This document shows, piece by piece, positions 1 through 8,043 of a stretch of 20,000 bases of DNA. Position numbers and translations under genes: made by a program. Under the pieces are notes generated by a model that worked only from the letters and a program-made list of their open reading frames with translations, made no database searches and had not been told where the DNA came from. How positions within the stretch are numbered: position 1 is the stretch's first letter; every line of letters starts with the position of its first letter. The stretch is from an uncultured virus (IMG/VR IMGVR_UViG_3300037418_001250) (Duplodnaviria; Heunggongvirae; Uroviricota; Caudoviricetes), in the IMG/VR virus record IMGVR_UViG_3300037418_001250. One strand, written 5' to 3'.

Positions 1-161
1 CTAACCATTTTCGACACCACCGGTTCCGATGACTTGAGGTGGCGCGCCAGTCCTGCTTGTGATTTTCCGGGGAGGCTAACGCCTCTCTGTAGCCATCGCG
101 CATACTTTGCCTGTAACTCCGCTTGTTTTTCATCGCGCGTCGATCGTCTCGGCACCGGCAC
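1..161 (-). CDS. CI-like XRE/HTH repressor, N-terminal part (runs off the left edge)
   Basis: Not in the ORF track; read by hand on the minus strand from GTG at 161 (or 155): VPVPRRSTRDEKQAELQAKYARWLQRGVSLPGKSQAGLARHLKSSEPVVSKMV.., open to the window edge. 'GKSQAGLARHL....VSKM' fits an XRE HTH; divergent from a cro-like gene. Confidence 0.75.
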   Translation of the reverse strand, partial: MPVPRRSTRDEKQAELQAKYARWLQRGVSLPGKSQAGLARHLKSSEPVVSKMV

Positions 162-276
162 ATTCCCTATTCACAAAACGAGCCACTAAAACCCAGAGCG
201 GTCGCATGTGAAAGATGGCTTTTGCAAGGTCGACGCGAAGTCGGTTAATGCCGACGCCTACTGGCGTCTTTCCATT

Positions 277-305
277 TTGACAAGTGGTTTCGGATAACGT
301 AGTTG
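277..305 (+). promoter_or_regulatory. Putative sigma70 promoter for the cro-like gene (PR-like)
   Basis: TTGACA at 277-282, 17-nt spacer, TAGTTG at 300-305. Confidence 0.6.
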
Positions 306-311
306 TGGGTT

Positions 312-569
312 ATGGAGAATGGACTGAACCCGGCCGCCCGCGTGCTCGAAAAGCTGGGTGGCGAAAAGGCCGTTTCAAATGGCACCGGCATTCCGATCGA
401 CACCCTCTGGCGCTGGCAGCGTCCGCGGGAGCGCGATGGAACCGGCGGCCGCATCCCGCAGGAGCGGTGGGCGGTTTTGGTCGAGTACGGCCTGCGTATC
501 GGCAAGCCATTGCGTTCGCATGAATTGCAGGAAGAAGCCCTGCGCGAATTGATGGCGAAAGCCGGTTGA
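312..569 (+). CDS. Cro-like HTH transcriptional regulator
   Basis: ATG at 312; 'PAARVLEKLGGEKAVSNGTGIPIDTLWRWQRP...GTGGRIP' resembles alphaproteobacterial phage Cro-like proteins; divergent from the cI-like gene. Confidence 0.8.
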   Translation: MENGLNPAARVLEKLGGEKAVSNGTGIPIDTLWRWQRPRERDGTGGRIPQERWAVLVEYGLRIGKPLRSHELQEEALRELMAKAG

Positions 570-590
570 GTTTCTGAGTTTTTGAGTTTC
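567..590 (+). repeat. Three tandem 8-mers TGAGTTTY
   Basis: TGAGTTTC (567), TGAGTTTT (575), TGAGTTTC (583), starting at the cro stop codon. Confidence 0.7.
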
Positions 591-636
591 GCGTCATTGT
601 GAGCGTCGTTTGGCGGTTCGCCGTCAGGGGGAAGCT

Positions 637-810
637 ATGTTCACGCCACGCGAAGTCTTGCCGCTCGGCGGGGCGGCGAAAATTTCGGTTGCGCAGATAC
701 TTTCTGATCTCGCAACTCCCATGCCAATCTCGAAACTCGCGATGTCCGCGCCGTCCGGCGACGGCCGCGACGGCTGCCGGTTTCAAATTGAGCCGGAGGC
801 CCGCCGCTGA
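637..810 (+). CDS. Small hypothetical protein (57 aa), uncertain
   Basis: ATG at 637 after GGGGGAAG; its TGA overlaps the gcrA ATG (TGATG). Contains two operator-like sites, so it could be non-coding. Confidence 0.4.
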   Translation: MFTPREVLPLGGAAKISVAQILSDLATPMPISKLAMSAPSGDGRDGCRFQIEPEARR

Positions 811-1463
811 TGGCGCCAGAGCCTCAAAATGGTGCGGTTGGGACGCCCTGGTCGAAGGCGATGATCGACGACTTGAAGGCCTTGCTCGGCGAAGGCCAAA
901 GCTTCGGCAGAATAGCCAAGGTACTGAGCGCAAAATACCGACCCGTCACGCGCTCCGCCGCCATTGGCAAAGCCACACGCCTTAAACTCGCTGGCCGCGG
1001 CGCCAGCTTCGGCACAACCGGGCGCCGCAAACCAACCCTTCGCGTCGCCCCGGTAAGCCGCAAACAAAGCTCGCAGAATGCCAAGTCGAGCCCGTGGCGC
1101 GCGGCGTCAAAGACCGCTCTTCAAAACATTCTGGAGAAGGCGCCAGCCGACCTTGTTCCCGAGCCCGATGTCGTTGCGGCCGGTGAACGTCAATCAATTC
1201 TAAGACGCAACAAAAACGGCGACATAGAGGCCAATCCGCTGTTCACGGCAAAGTCATGCCGCTGGCCGATCGGCGACCCGACCTCGGACGATTTTTACTT
1301 CTGCTGCCGCGAGGCGGTGGCTGGCGCGCCCTACTGCGAAGCGCACGCCCGGCGCGCCTACGTGCCACTGCAAACGAAGCGGCAGCAAAAAGCAAATTCA
1401 GTGCAAGCGTTGAGCGACAAGAGAGAGACGAATGAAATCGGCAGGGCTCGGACAGCTCTTTAG
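810..1463 (+). CDS. gcrA: GcrA-family cell-cycle transcriptional regulator
   Basis: N-terminal 'WS...IDDLKALLGEGQSFGRIAKVL...VTRSAAIGKATRLKL' and C-terminal 'CRWPIGDP...DFYFC......PYCEAHARRAY' are the GcrA signatures. Confidence 0.92.
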   Translation: MAPEPQNGAVGTPWSKAMIDDLKALLGEGQSFGRIAKVLSAKYRPVTRSAAIGKATRLKLAGRGASFGTTGRRKPTLRVAPVSRKQSSQNAKSSPWRAASKTALQNILEKAPADLVPEPDVVAAGERQSILRRNKNGDIEANPLFTAKSCRWPIGDPTSDDFYFCCREAVAGAPYCEAHARRAYVPLQTKRQQKANSVQALSDKRETNEIGRARTAL

Positions 1464-2589
1464 TAGCGGCACGCGGCTGCTGATGAGCGCGGCGCTTTTC
1501 ACGTTGGGTTGCGGGGCTGCTTGGCTCACGATCCAGATGAACAGAAACCTCGGCGCCTCGCTCGGCATCGGCGAGCTGGGGCAGTTTTATCAATCCAACA
1601 GCGCCACCGTCATCGACGCGGGCGCGATCTTTTTCGCGCTTTACGCGGGCATGATGATGCGCGACCGGCGCTGGCTTTTGTTCGCCGGAGCGGGGGCGCT
1701 TGCGCTCGTGCTTGGCTTTGCGTCCTGGACCGGCGTCTTCGGCTTCGGCGCCAAGGAACGCATCGGCAAGGCGGCGACGATCGAAATGCAGAACAAGGCC
1801 GCCATCGACGCGGCGACGTTCGCCCGCGACGAGCAGGCCAAGCGCACCGACGGCTATTTGGCTTGGCTCAAAGGCACGGCGAGCGAAGTCAGGGGCCGGG
1901 TGACGCGGCAGACCTATCTCGAACAGGCGACGAAGGTCGTGTTAACGCCGGTCAAGGTCGAGACACCGACGATCACGCAAGCCATCGCCGATCCGCAGGC
2001 GAGGGTCTTTGCCCAGCTCGGCAACTGGATCGACGGCGGCAAGATCACCGATGACGTCGACCCCAAAAAGATCGAGCTTACCGAGCTGAAACTGATCTTC
2101 ATGATTTCGGCGCTCGTCGTCGGCGTCAAGGTCATGGCGTTCTTTTTTGCCTCCGCCGTCTGGCCGAAGGCCGCCGCAGCAAAAATCGAAACGAAGGGTG
2201 AGAAGGAGCGGGCCGATCCCGCGCCTTCGCCCGCCGTTGAAAAGAGCGCTGAGCCGCCGCAGCCGTCGGCGACGATCATCGACCATCCCAAAAAGACGGA
2301 AGCCGAAGCTCAGCCCGGCGTCACCGATATTTCGCGCGCCCGCGAGCGCAAGATCGTCGAAGAGTTTTTTGCTGACGAAGTGGTGCTCGGCAAGGGCGGC
2401 CGCGCCAAGGCCGCGACCGTCTATCAATGGTTCGCCGATTGGTCGAAGCGCAGCAAGTACCCGCTGATCTCGAACTCGCAGTTCGGCCGCATCTGCACCG
2501 AGCTGCAGATCGAGCGCACGACCGATGGCCGTCACAACTTCTACGCCGTGCAGCGGCGTCAGGGCCAAGCCTTCAAGAAGGTCGCCTGA
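1432..2589 (+). CDS. Membrane protein (about 4 TM) with Pro-rich linker and C-terminal putative winged-helix DNA-binding domain
   Basis: Three N-terminal hydrophobic segments, a soluble region, a fourth segment (LIFMISALVVGVKVMAFFFASAVW), linker PAPSPA..EPPQP, then 'IVEEFFADEV....AATVYQWFADWSKRSKYPLISNSQFGRICTEL'. Confidence 0.7.
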   Translation: MKSAGLGQLFSSGTRLLMSAALFTLGCGAAWLTIQMNRNLGASLGIGELGQFYQSNSATVIDAGAIFFALYAGMMMRDRRWLLFAGAGALALVLGFASWTGVFGFGAKERIGKAATIEMQNKAAIDAATFARDEQAKRTDGYLAWLKGTASEVRGRVTRQTYLEQATKVVLTPVKVETPTITQAIADPQARVFAQLGNWIDGGKITDDVDPKKIELTELKLIFMISALVVGVKVMAFFFASAVWPKAAAAKIETKGEKERADPAPSPAVEKSAEPPQPSATIIDHPKKTEAEAQPGVTDISRARERKIVEEFFADEVVLGKGGRAKAATVYQWFADWSKRSKYPLISNSQFGRICTELQIERTTDGRHNFYAVQRRQGQAFKKVA

Positions 2590-2598
2590 AAACAGAAA

Positions 2599-2618
2599 CC
2601 CCGCCGGCAAGGGCGGGG
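2599..2618 (+). terminator. GC-rich hairpin, possible terminator or attenuator
   Basis: CCCCGCC-GGCAAG-GGCGGGG right after the stop at 2589; U-tract is weak. Confidence 0.45.
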
Positions 2619-2676
2619 CTTCGAAGCTTGGGAACGAAGAATTTCGGGGCGGTAACCCCATCATCGGAACGAGCCT

Positions 2677-2799
2677 ATGAACCGTGATTTACTCCAGCCT
2701 GTCAATGGTCAATCAGCCGCCGACACCGATCAGTGGGTGCGGCTTTCCTGGCACGTCAGCCGCATCGTGCGCCGTCTCAGATTGAGGGCTGCACCATGA
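2677..2799 (+). CDS. Small hypothetical protein (40 aa)
   Basis: Hand translation MNRDLLQPVNGQSAADTDQWVRLSWHVSRIVRRLRLRAAP*; stop overlaps the next start (ATGA at 2796-2799). Confidence 0.45.
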   Translation: MNRDLLQPVNGQSAADTDQWVRLSWHVSRIVRRLRLRAAP

Positions 2800-2981
2800 A
2801 GCATATGAAGCGGCCGCCGCCTCTCGTCGAGATCACGCAGTTTCCGCCCTGGCGCCAGCAGCTCATCGCGCAGGTGCATTCGGTCGACTACGACGACCGG
2901 CTGACAATCGAGGAAAAATACGACCGCGTCATGCTCGCCTTCCGGCAGGTTCTCGAACCGAATATCGGGAGAGAGGAATGA
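2796..2981 (+). CDS. Hypothetical protein (61 aa)
   Basis: ATG at 2796 after GAGG; ATGA overlap with the initiator gene at 2978. Confidence 0.65.
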   Translation: MKHMKRPPPLVEITQFPPWRQQLIAQVHSVDYDDRLTIEEKYDRVMLAFRQVLEPNIGREE

Positions 2982-4186
2982 GCGCCGTCACGGACCCAAG
3001 TGAGATCGCCGACCGGCTCGCGCACAACTCCAGCAGCGTCGATGACTGGCGTGTCAATCCCGGCGACTGGATCGCGCTCTCGCGCCGCGTCGAGTTTCAC
3101 CCCGTTGTCGGCTTTGGCCTCACAGCGAAACCCAACGACCCACGCCGAAACACCTACAGCCGCGGCGAGGCATGGCAGAGCCTTCTGTTTCTCGCCAACT
3201 TCAAGCCCGGCCGCGTCACCAATAAGGGCGTCGTGATGAGCCTCGACGTCGGTCAGCTCATTGGCGGCACGCACTTTCTGGCGCAGCGGTGGAACTGGTC
3301 GCGCGCCGCCGTCAGATGGTTTCTCGACACCCTTGAGCGGGAAGGAATGATTACGCGCGGCGGTGACAAAACCGGCGAATCAAACAGCCACCAAAATGCC
3401 GACGCCAGAAAGAACACCGCGAACGCTATAACCATCTCGAATTACACGAAATTTCAGCTTTTGGAAAATGAGCTTGACAGGTTCGTTACGAGCCTCAAAC
3501 AGCCACCGCACAACCACCGAGACGGCAAAATCGCAGCCACCGCAGCAGCCACCGAAACGGCCGCCGCAACAGCCACCGAGCCGTCTGGTAAAATGTCGAA
3601 AAAACAATCGTCTACGCTTCTGCCGAAGACCGCAACAGCCACCGACGCGGCCACCGCAACAGCCACCGACGCAACCACCGACGCGGCGATCCAGCAGCCA
3701 CAAAACACTGTATCTATTACTAAGAAAGAGGAAGGTTATTCCTCTTTGCCTCCTTCCCTTCCTACTACTGAAAATCTTCGTGTTGAGAGAGGGGTGCGGG
3801 GAGAGAGCAAAAACACTCCAGCGCCATCCAGCCCTTCGAGCAAAAAATCGGCGGCGCTGCATGGCACCCGGCTGGCGGCCGACTGGTTCCTGCCGCGCTC
3901 GTGGGGGCAGTGGGCGCTCGACAACTTCCGCTGCACCGAAACGCAGGTTCGGCTCGAAGCCGATAGCTTTGCCGCCTATTGGCAATCGAAGCCCGGCCCC
4001 CAGGCCAAGAAGCTCGACTGGCAACAGACGTGGCAGAATTGGTGCCGGAAGGCGTTCGCCAAGGTCGCCAAGCCGAGAAGCCTGTTCAATGACAAACCGG
4101 CGTCAGCGGCGAAGCCTGACCGCATGGCGGCCTACGACAAGGCCAATCTCGATGAGGGCATCGAGTTTCAGGGAGGCGGCGAATGA
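2978..4186 (+). CDS. Phage replication initiator (lambda O-like architecture, DnaT-like C-terminal domain)
   Basis: N-terminal HTH-like 'LAQRWNWSRAAVRWFLDTLEREGMI'; central low-complexity linker encoded by iterons; C-terminal 'GTRLAADW.LP....F.AYW....KLDWQQTWQNWCRK'; directly upstream of primase/helicase. Confidence 0.8.
   Translation: MSAVTDPSEIADRLAHNSSSVDDWRVNPGDWIALSRRVEFHPVVGFGLTAKPNDPRRNTYSRGEAWQSLLFLANFKPGRVTNKGVVMSLDVGQLIGGTHFLAQRWNWSRAAVRWFLDTLEREGMITRGGDKTGESNSHQNADARKNTANAITISNYTKFQLLENELDRFVTSLKQPPHNHRDGKIAATAAATETAAATATEPSGKMSKKQSSTLLPKTATATDAATATATDATTDAAIQQPQNTVSITKKEEGYSSLPPSLPTTENLRVERGVRGESKNTPAPSSPSSKKSAALHGTRLAADWFLPRSWGQWALDNFRCTETQVRLEADSFAAYWQSKPGPQAKKLDWQQTWQNWCRKAFAKVAKPRSLFNDKPASAAKPDRMAAYDKANLDEGIEFQGGGE
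3500..3780 (+). repeat. Iteron array plus AT-rich tract: putative replication origin inside the initiator gene
   Basis: CRRCCRCCG cores at 3500, 3511, 3534, 3546, 3558, 3570, 3636, 3648, 3660, 3672 (degenerate at 3385, 3695), followed by a visibly AT-rich stretch at about 3700-3780. Confidence 0.75.
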
Positions 4187-4782
4187 CCCGCTCCCTTTTC
4201 GACATTCTCGGTGAGTGGGGCGTCTACGGCATTCCCGACCGCATCGGCAAGCATCACACGACATGCCCTCGCTGCTCGAGCCAGCGCAAGAAAGCGAACC
4301 AGAAAAAGCGCGTGCTCGCCGTCTGGATCGGCCCCCGCAATGTTCGCTGCCACTGCATCCACTGCGGTTTCACCGACGCCGAATTTTTTGATGAAGGAAA
4401 GCCCGATGTTGCAAAAACTAAATCTAAATCCCGAGCACGCAACGTGGCTCGAAGAGGCGCGAAAAATCCCGAGCGAGCTGGCGGCGGAGATCGGCTTCGT
4501 GTCGCGCGGCCGGAACATAGCGTTCGAGTACCGCAAGAACGGCACGACGATGTTCCGCAAGGTCCGGTGCGAGACGAAGGACCCCGAGACGGGCAAGCGC
4601 GGCAAGACGTTTTTCATCGAACCGGCGGGCGCAAAGTTATTTCTATTCAACGAGGATTGCCTGAACGAGCCGTGCGCGCCGACGGTGCCGCTGATTATCT
4701 GCGAGGGCGAGATCGACGCCGCGTCGTGGATGCAGGCGGGCGCAACGCGCGTTGTGTCCGTGCCGAACGGCGCCCGCGCTGA
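4183..4782 (+). CDS. Primase-type zinc-binding domain protein (only the first ~75 aa look meaningful)
   Basis: ATGA overlap with initiator stop, SD GGAGG; 'TCPRCS...VLAVWI.....CHCIHCG' is a Cys4 Zn ribbon like T7 gp4/Twinkle ZBDs. The remainder overlaps the primase ORF in another frame. Confidence 0.7.
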   Translation: MTRSLFDILGEWGVYGIPDRIGKHHTTCPRCSSQRKKANQKKRVLAVWIGPRNVRCHCIHCGFTDAEFFDEGKPDVAKTKSKSRARNVARRGAKNPERAGGGDRLRVARPEHSVRVPQERHDDVPQGPVRDEGPRDGQARQDVFHRTGGRKVISIQRGLPERAVRADGAADYLRGRDRRRVVDAGGRNARCVRAERRPR

Positions 4783-5905
4783 GGTCGGCACCGACGACAT
4801 CGTGCCGGAGGAAGACACGGCGTTTTCCTATCTTTGGGAGGGCGGCCATCTCCGGCCGGAAATCGACCGGTTCCAGAAGATCATCATCGCCTCGGACGGC
4901 GATCGTGCAGGTCTTGCGCTGCGGGAAGAATTGTCGATCCGTCTTGGCCGTTCGAAGTGCTACGTCGTCACTTATCCCGACGGCTGCAAGGACGCCAACG
5001 ACGTTCTGCAGACCTTCGGCGAGCGTGGGCAAGATATGCTCATGGACATGATCGACCGGGCGATCCCGCTTGTCGCCGACAAGCTGATCCCCTTGATCGA
5101 TATTCCCGAGCGCGGTCCGAGGATCATCTATTCGGCCGGATGGGAAGGGCTCGACCCGCACTTCCGCGTCGTCATGCCGGAGCTGATCGTCGTCACCGGC
5201 CCGCCCGGTTCCGGCAAATCGCAATTCACGCTCTCCGTCTGCATGAACCTCGCGCGGCTGCACCACTTGAAAGGCGCAATTTTTCAGTTCGAGGACGATC
5301 CCGACCGCAACAAGCGGGACATTTTGAAATACGCGAAGTCGTGGGCGGTCGGCGCCGCTGACGGCAAGGGCGTCTACGTCGGCGAAGATTACCACGGCTG
5401 GGCAAGGCGCATGTTCTACGCCATATCGCCAGACGAAGACGACAACGCCGAGGTGACGTTCAATCTCGATTGGCTGTTTTCGACTATTCGCGAGGCGGTG
5501 GTCCGTCACGGCTGCAAGTGGGTATTGATCGATCCCTGGAATGAGATCGAGCACGTCTGGAAAATCAGCGAAAACGAGACCGGCTATACCAACAAGGCAT
5601 TGCGCGACATCAAGCGGCTGGCGCGGCAGCTCGGCATTGCAATTTTCATCGTCGCGCATCCCTCGAAAGCGGCCGACGGTAAGACCATCGACGAATTGAA
5701 CCTCTACCACGTCTCCGGCTCGTCAGCCTGGAAGAACAAGGCGGATCACGGCATCGTCGTCTTGCGTGACCCGGAAGACCCCGGCCAGACCTTCATCAAA
5801 ATCGACAAGTCGAAGGACTGGCAAAAGATGGGGGTGCCGGGAAAGGTCACGATGGAGTTCGTCCCCGAGCGCGCGTCGTTCAAGTTCGTGAAGGGCGGGA
5901 CGTGA
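4406..5905 (+). CDS. TOPRIM primase / SF4 helicase (T7 gp4/Twinkle-like)
   Basis: TOPRIM motifs IICEGEIDA, VSVPNGA, IASDGDRAG, KDANDVL; Walker A GPPGSGKS, Walker B VLIDPW, IVAHP, SGSSAWKNKAD. ATG 4406 preceded by AAGGAAAG. Confidence 0.92.
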   Translation: MLQKLNLNPEHATWLEEARKIPSELAAEIGFVSRGRNIAFEYRKNGTTMFRKVRCETKDPETGKRGKTFFIEPAGAKLFLFNEDCLNEPCAPTVPLIICEGEIDAASWMQAGATRVVSVPNGARAEVGTDDIVPEEDTAFSYLWEGGHLRPEIDRFQKIIIASDGDRAGLALREELSIRLGRSKCYVVTYPDGCKDANDVLQTFGERGQDMLMDMIDRAIPLVADKLIPLIDIPERGPRIIYSAGWEGLDPHFRVVMPELIVVTGPPGSGKSQFTLSVCMNLARLHHLKGAIFQFEDDPDRNKRDILKYAKSWAVGAADGKGVYVGEDYHGWARRMFYAISPDEDDNAEVTFNLDWLFSTIREAVVRHGCKWVLIDPWNEIEHVWKISENETGYTNKALRDIKRLARQLGIAIFIVAHPSKAADGKTIDELNLYHVSGSSAWKNKADHGIVVLRDPEDPGQTFIKIDKSKDWQKMGVPGKVTMEFVPERASFKFVKGGT

Positions 5906-5923
5906 GTTTTTGTGCGTGCAGCG

Positions 5924-5938
5924 TTTCTAAAACAGAAA
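5924..5938. promoter_or_regulatory. Operator-like palindrome TTTCT-AAAAC-AGAAA
   Basis: Intergenic, identical to 14635-14649. Confidence 0.65.
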
Positions 5939-5948
5939 GAGGCAAACT

Positions 5949-6239
5949 ATGATGGACGTTGAGAAACTCGCCAGCCGGATAGAAGGCAAATACATCGCCT
6001 GGGTCGTCGATGATGAACTTGTACCCAAGTTGATCGTCGCCGTTTTTTGCGCGTCGGAGAATATCGCAATAGCGGAGATCAAAACCTGCGGCGCCGATCA
6101 CTCCGACGTCGAAGAGATTGAATTGACCGGCGTCACGTTCTTCGACAGCGAAGCGGCGTGTCTGGCGCATTGCGACGAGCAAAACGCGATCGCTGATGCC
6201 GAGGAAGCTGAGGCTGCGGCCGGAAAGGCGGCAGCATGA
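5949..6239 (+). CDS. Acidic hypothetical protein (96 aa)
   Basis: SD AGAGG; ATGA overlap with ssb. Confidence 0.7.
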   Translation: MMDVEKLASRIEGKYIAWVVDDELVPKLIVAVFCASENIAIAEIKTCGADHSDVEEIELTGVTFFDSEAACLAHCDEQNAIADAEEAEAAAGKAAA

Positions 6240-6730
6240 ACCGGGTCACGCTCATTGGCTTCGTCGGTGCGGACCCTGAAATCCGCGCCGCCGGCAGCGG
6301 CAACAAGGTTGCCAACTTCAATCTCGCCACCTCGAAGCGCTGGAAGGACAAACAGACCGGCGAGCAGAAGGAAAAAACCGAGTGGCATCGGATCATCTGC
6401 TGGGGCGACGGGCTCGTCGACGTGATCGGCAGGTACGTCCGGAAGGGCTCGCAGCTTCTCGTTGAAGGCGAGCTGCAGACGCGCAAGTGGACCGACAAGC
6501 AGAACATCGAGCGCTACTCGACGGAAATCGTCGTGCAGGGCTTCGACGGTCAGGTCCGGCTTCTCGATCGCGATAACTCGACGAGGCCGCCAGCGCCGCA
6601 GCAGCCACCGCAGGGCGCCAATCTCGGCGGCTCGAGCGATCAGCACGCCAGCAACATGGTTCCGGCTTCGGCACCAAGCGACGGGCCGCCGGAATGGCAT
6701 TCGCAGGTCAACAGCGAAATCCCGTTCTGA
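6236..6730 (+). CDS. ssb: Single-stranded DNA-binding protein
   Basis: MNRVTLIG.VGADPEIR, EKTEWHRI, KGSQLLVEGELQTRKW, C-terminal tip EIPF. Confidence 0.97.
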   Translation: MNRVTLIGFVGADPEIRAAGSGNKVANFNLATSKRWKDKQTGEQKEKTEWHRIICWGDGLVDVIGRYVRKGSQLLVEGELQTRKWTDKQNIERYSTEIVVQGFDGQVRLLDRDNSTRPPAPQQPPQGANLGGSSDQHASNMVPASAPSDGPPEWHSQVNSEIPF

Positions 6731-6762
6731 GGAAAGTTCCGCCCGTGCTCGAAGAGGCCCAG

Positions 6763-7494
6763 ATGGCACCCGAACAGTTAAGCCCCGAAAAAGCACGGGC
6801 GAAACTCAACGCTCGCATGAAGCGGGACATGAAGCGTCCCGATTTGACGCAGGCGATGGCGCAGGAATACGCCAGCTTCAAATCGTGGATGAACAACGTC
6901 CGCGACATGGTGAAGGTTTCGAAGAAGAAGCCGAAGCCGCCGAAGCCCGAAACCGCAGCGGAGCGGCGGGCGCCGATGCTCAGGGCCAACGCCCGCGCCG
7001 CCGCTGAACTCGCCGGTCAGAACAAGCACTTGGTCAGCGTCGATCAGAACTATATCGACCTGCCGATGGTCGCCTTGAGCAAGGCGACGCCGAACCACGA
7101 AAAGCTCGCCTTCAATTGGCACCTGCAGGGCTTCATCGTGACGCTCGGCGCTGCCAGCCGATCACAACTCGGCGGCCGTGGCGCGCAAGTCCTCAATCTG
7201 ACGGATGAGCAGCGCGGCCACCTCGTCGCGATGTTCAACTACGTCAGCCAGAAACTCCCGCCCGAAGAACGGCAACTCTCCGACGTGTTGATCGAGCAGC
7301 ACTTGATGCTGACCGAACGGCCGATGACATACGACGAGTTCGGCCAGCTCTTGACGAGCGCCAACGACGAGCGGGTGAGGAAAGGCGGCTTCATCGGCGC
7401 CTGCCGCATGGTCTTCGCCGCCGTCCGTCACTACCAGCGCGAGTACCACATCGAGCAGGCGACGAAACGAATTGCAGCCAGGGGGCGGCAATGA
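6763..7494 (+). CDS. Hypothetical protein, possibly a transcriptional regulator
   Basis: ATG 6763 after AGAGG; basic N-terminus; ATGA overlap with the next gene. Function not recognised. Confidence 0.65.
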   Translation: MAPEQLSPEKARAKLNARMKRDMKRPDLTQAMAQEYASFKSWMNNVRDMVKVSKKKPKPPKPETAAERRAPMLRANARAAAELAGQNKHLVSVDQNYIDLPMVALSKATPNHEKLAFNWHLQGFIVTLGAASRSQLGGRGAQVLNLTDEQRGHLVAMFNYVSQKLPPEERQLSDVLIEQHLMLTERPMTYDEFGQLLTSANDERVRKGGFIGACRMVFAAVRHYQREYHIEQATKRIAARGRQ

Positions 7495-7673
7495 GCTGGG
7501 GTGAATTGCAAAAAGCCAACGGCCGCGTCGCGTGCCGCTGCCGGTCGTGCGGCCGAGAGATCGTCGTCGAGCCGAAGAAGATTTTGTCGATCAGTGGCGA
7601 GGCGTCGCTTTCCGAAGCGCTCGCGCTTTTGACGTGCCGCGTTTGCGGCACCCGGACGATAGAGGCGAAGTGA
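7491..7673 (+). CDS. Small Zn-ribbon protein
   Basis: CRSC...CRVC pairs in 60 aa; translationally coupled. Confidence 0.7.
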   Translation: MSWGELQKANGRVACRCRSCGREIVVEPKKILSISGEASLSEALALLTCRVCGTRTIEAK

Positions 7674-7674
7674 C

Positions 7675-8043
7675 ATGGGCGGAGAAAGACAGCGGCTGCC
7701 GGATCGGCGCGGCGGCGAAGTTTTGGAGGTCTACGCCGGAACGGCGGAAATCGGCATCAGCAAATGGATCGTCACGGTCGGCCGCCGTGGCAGGCTCGGG
7801 CTCGGGGAGGTCGCGGAAGTGTTTATCGCCTCCGGCAAGTCCGGCACCGACGTCAACATCATGGCCTTGGAGCTTGGCATTCTCGCCTCGCTCTGCCTGC
7901 AACACGGCGTCACCGCCGAGACCATCCGGCACGCCATGCCGCGCGATGACCAAGGCCGGCCGCAAGGCGTCATCGGCGAGCTGTTCGACGAATTGCAACG
8001 AGGCGAGAGGCGGAATTTCAAAGGGGTGGAGCAAACTGCATGA
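7675..8043 (+). CDS. Stand-alone TSCPD-domain protein (resembles C-terminal part of class II ribonucleotide reductase)
   Basis: 'RQRLPDRR...VTVG....EVFIASGKSGT......LGILASLCLQHGV..E.I' pattern. Confidence 0.75.
   Translation: MGGERQRLPDRRGGEVLEVYAGTAEIGISKWIVTVGRRGRLGLGEVAEVFIASGKSGTDVNIMALELGILASLCLQHGVTAETIRHAMPRDDQGRPQGVIGELFDELQRGERRNFKGVEQTA

Noticed and set aside
4211..4405. N-terminal extension of the primase ORF in the ORF track
   Set aside because: Low-complexity Ala/Ser/Arg shadow of the ZBD frame; SD-preceded ATG at 4406 preferred.
4643..5710. 355-aa minus-strand ORF and similar long antisense ORFs (e.g. 1942..2664, 12284..13030)
   Set aside because: Antisense shadows of well-supported genes, typical of high-GC codon bias; no motifs.
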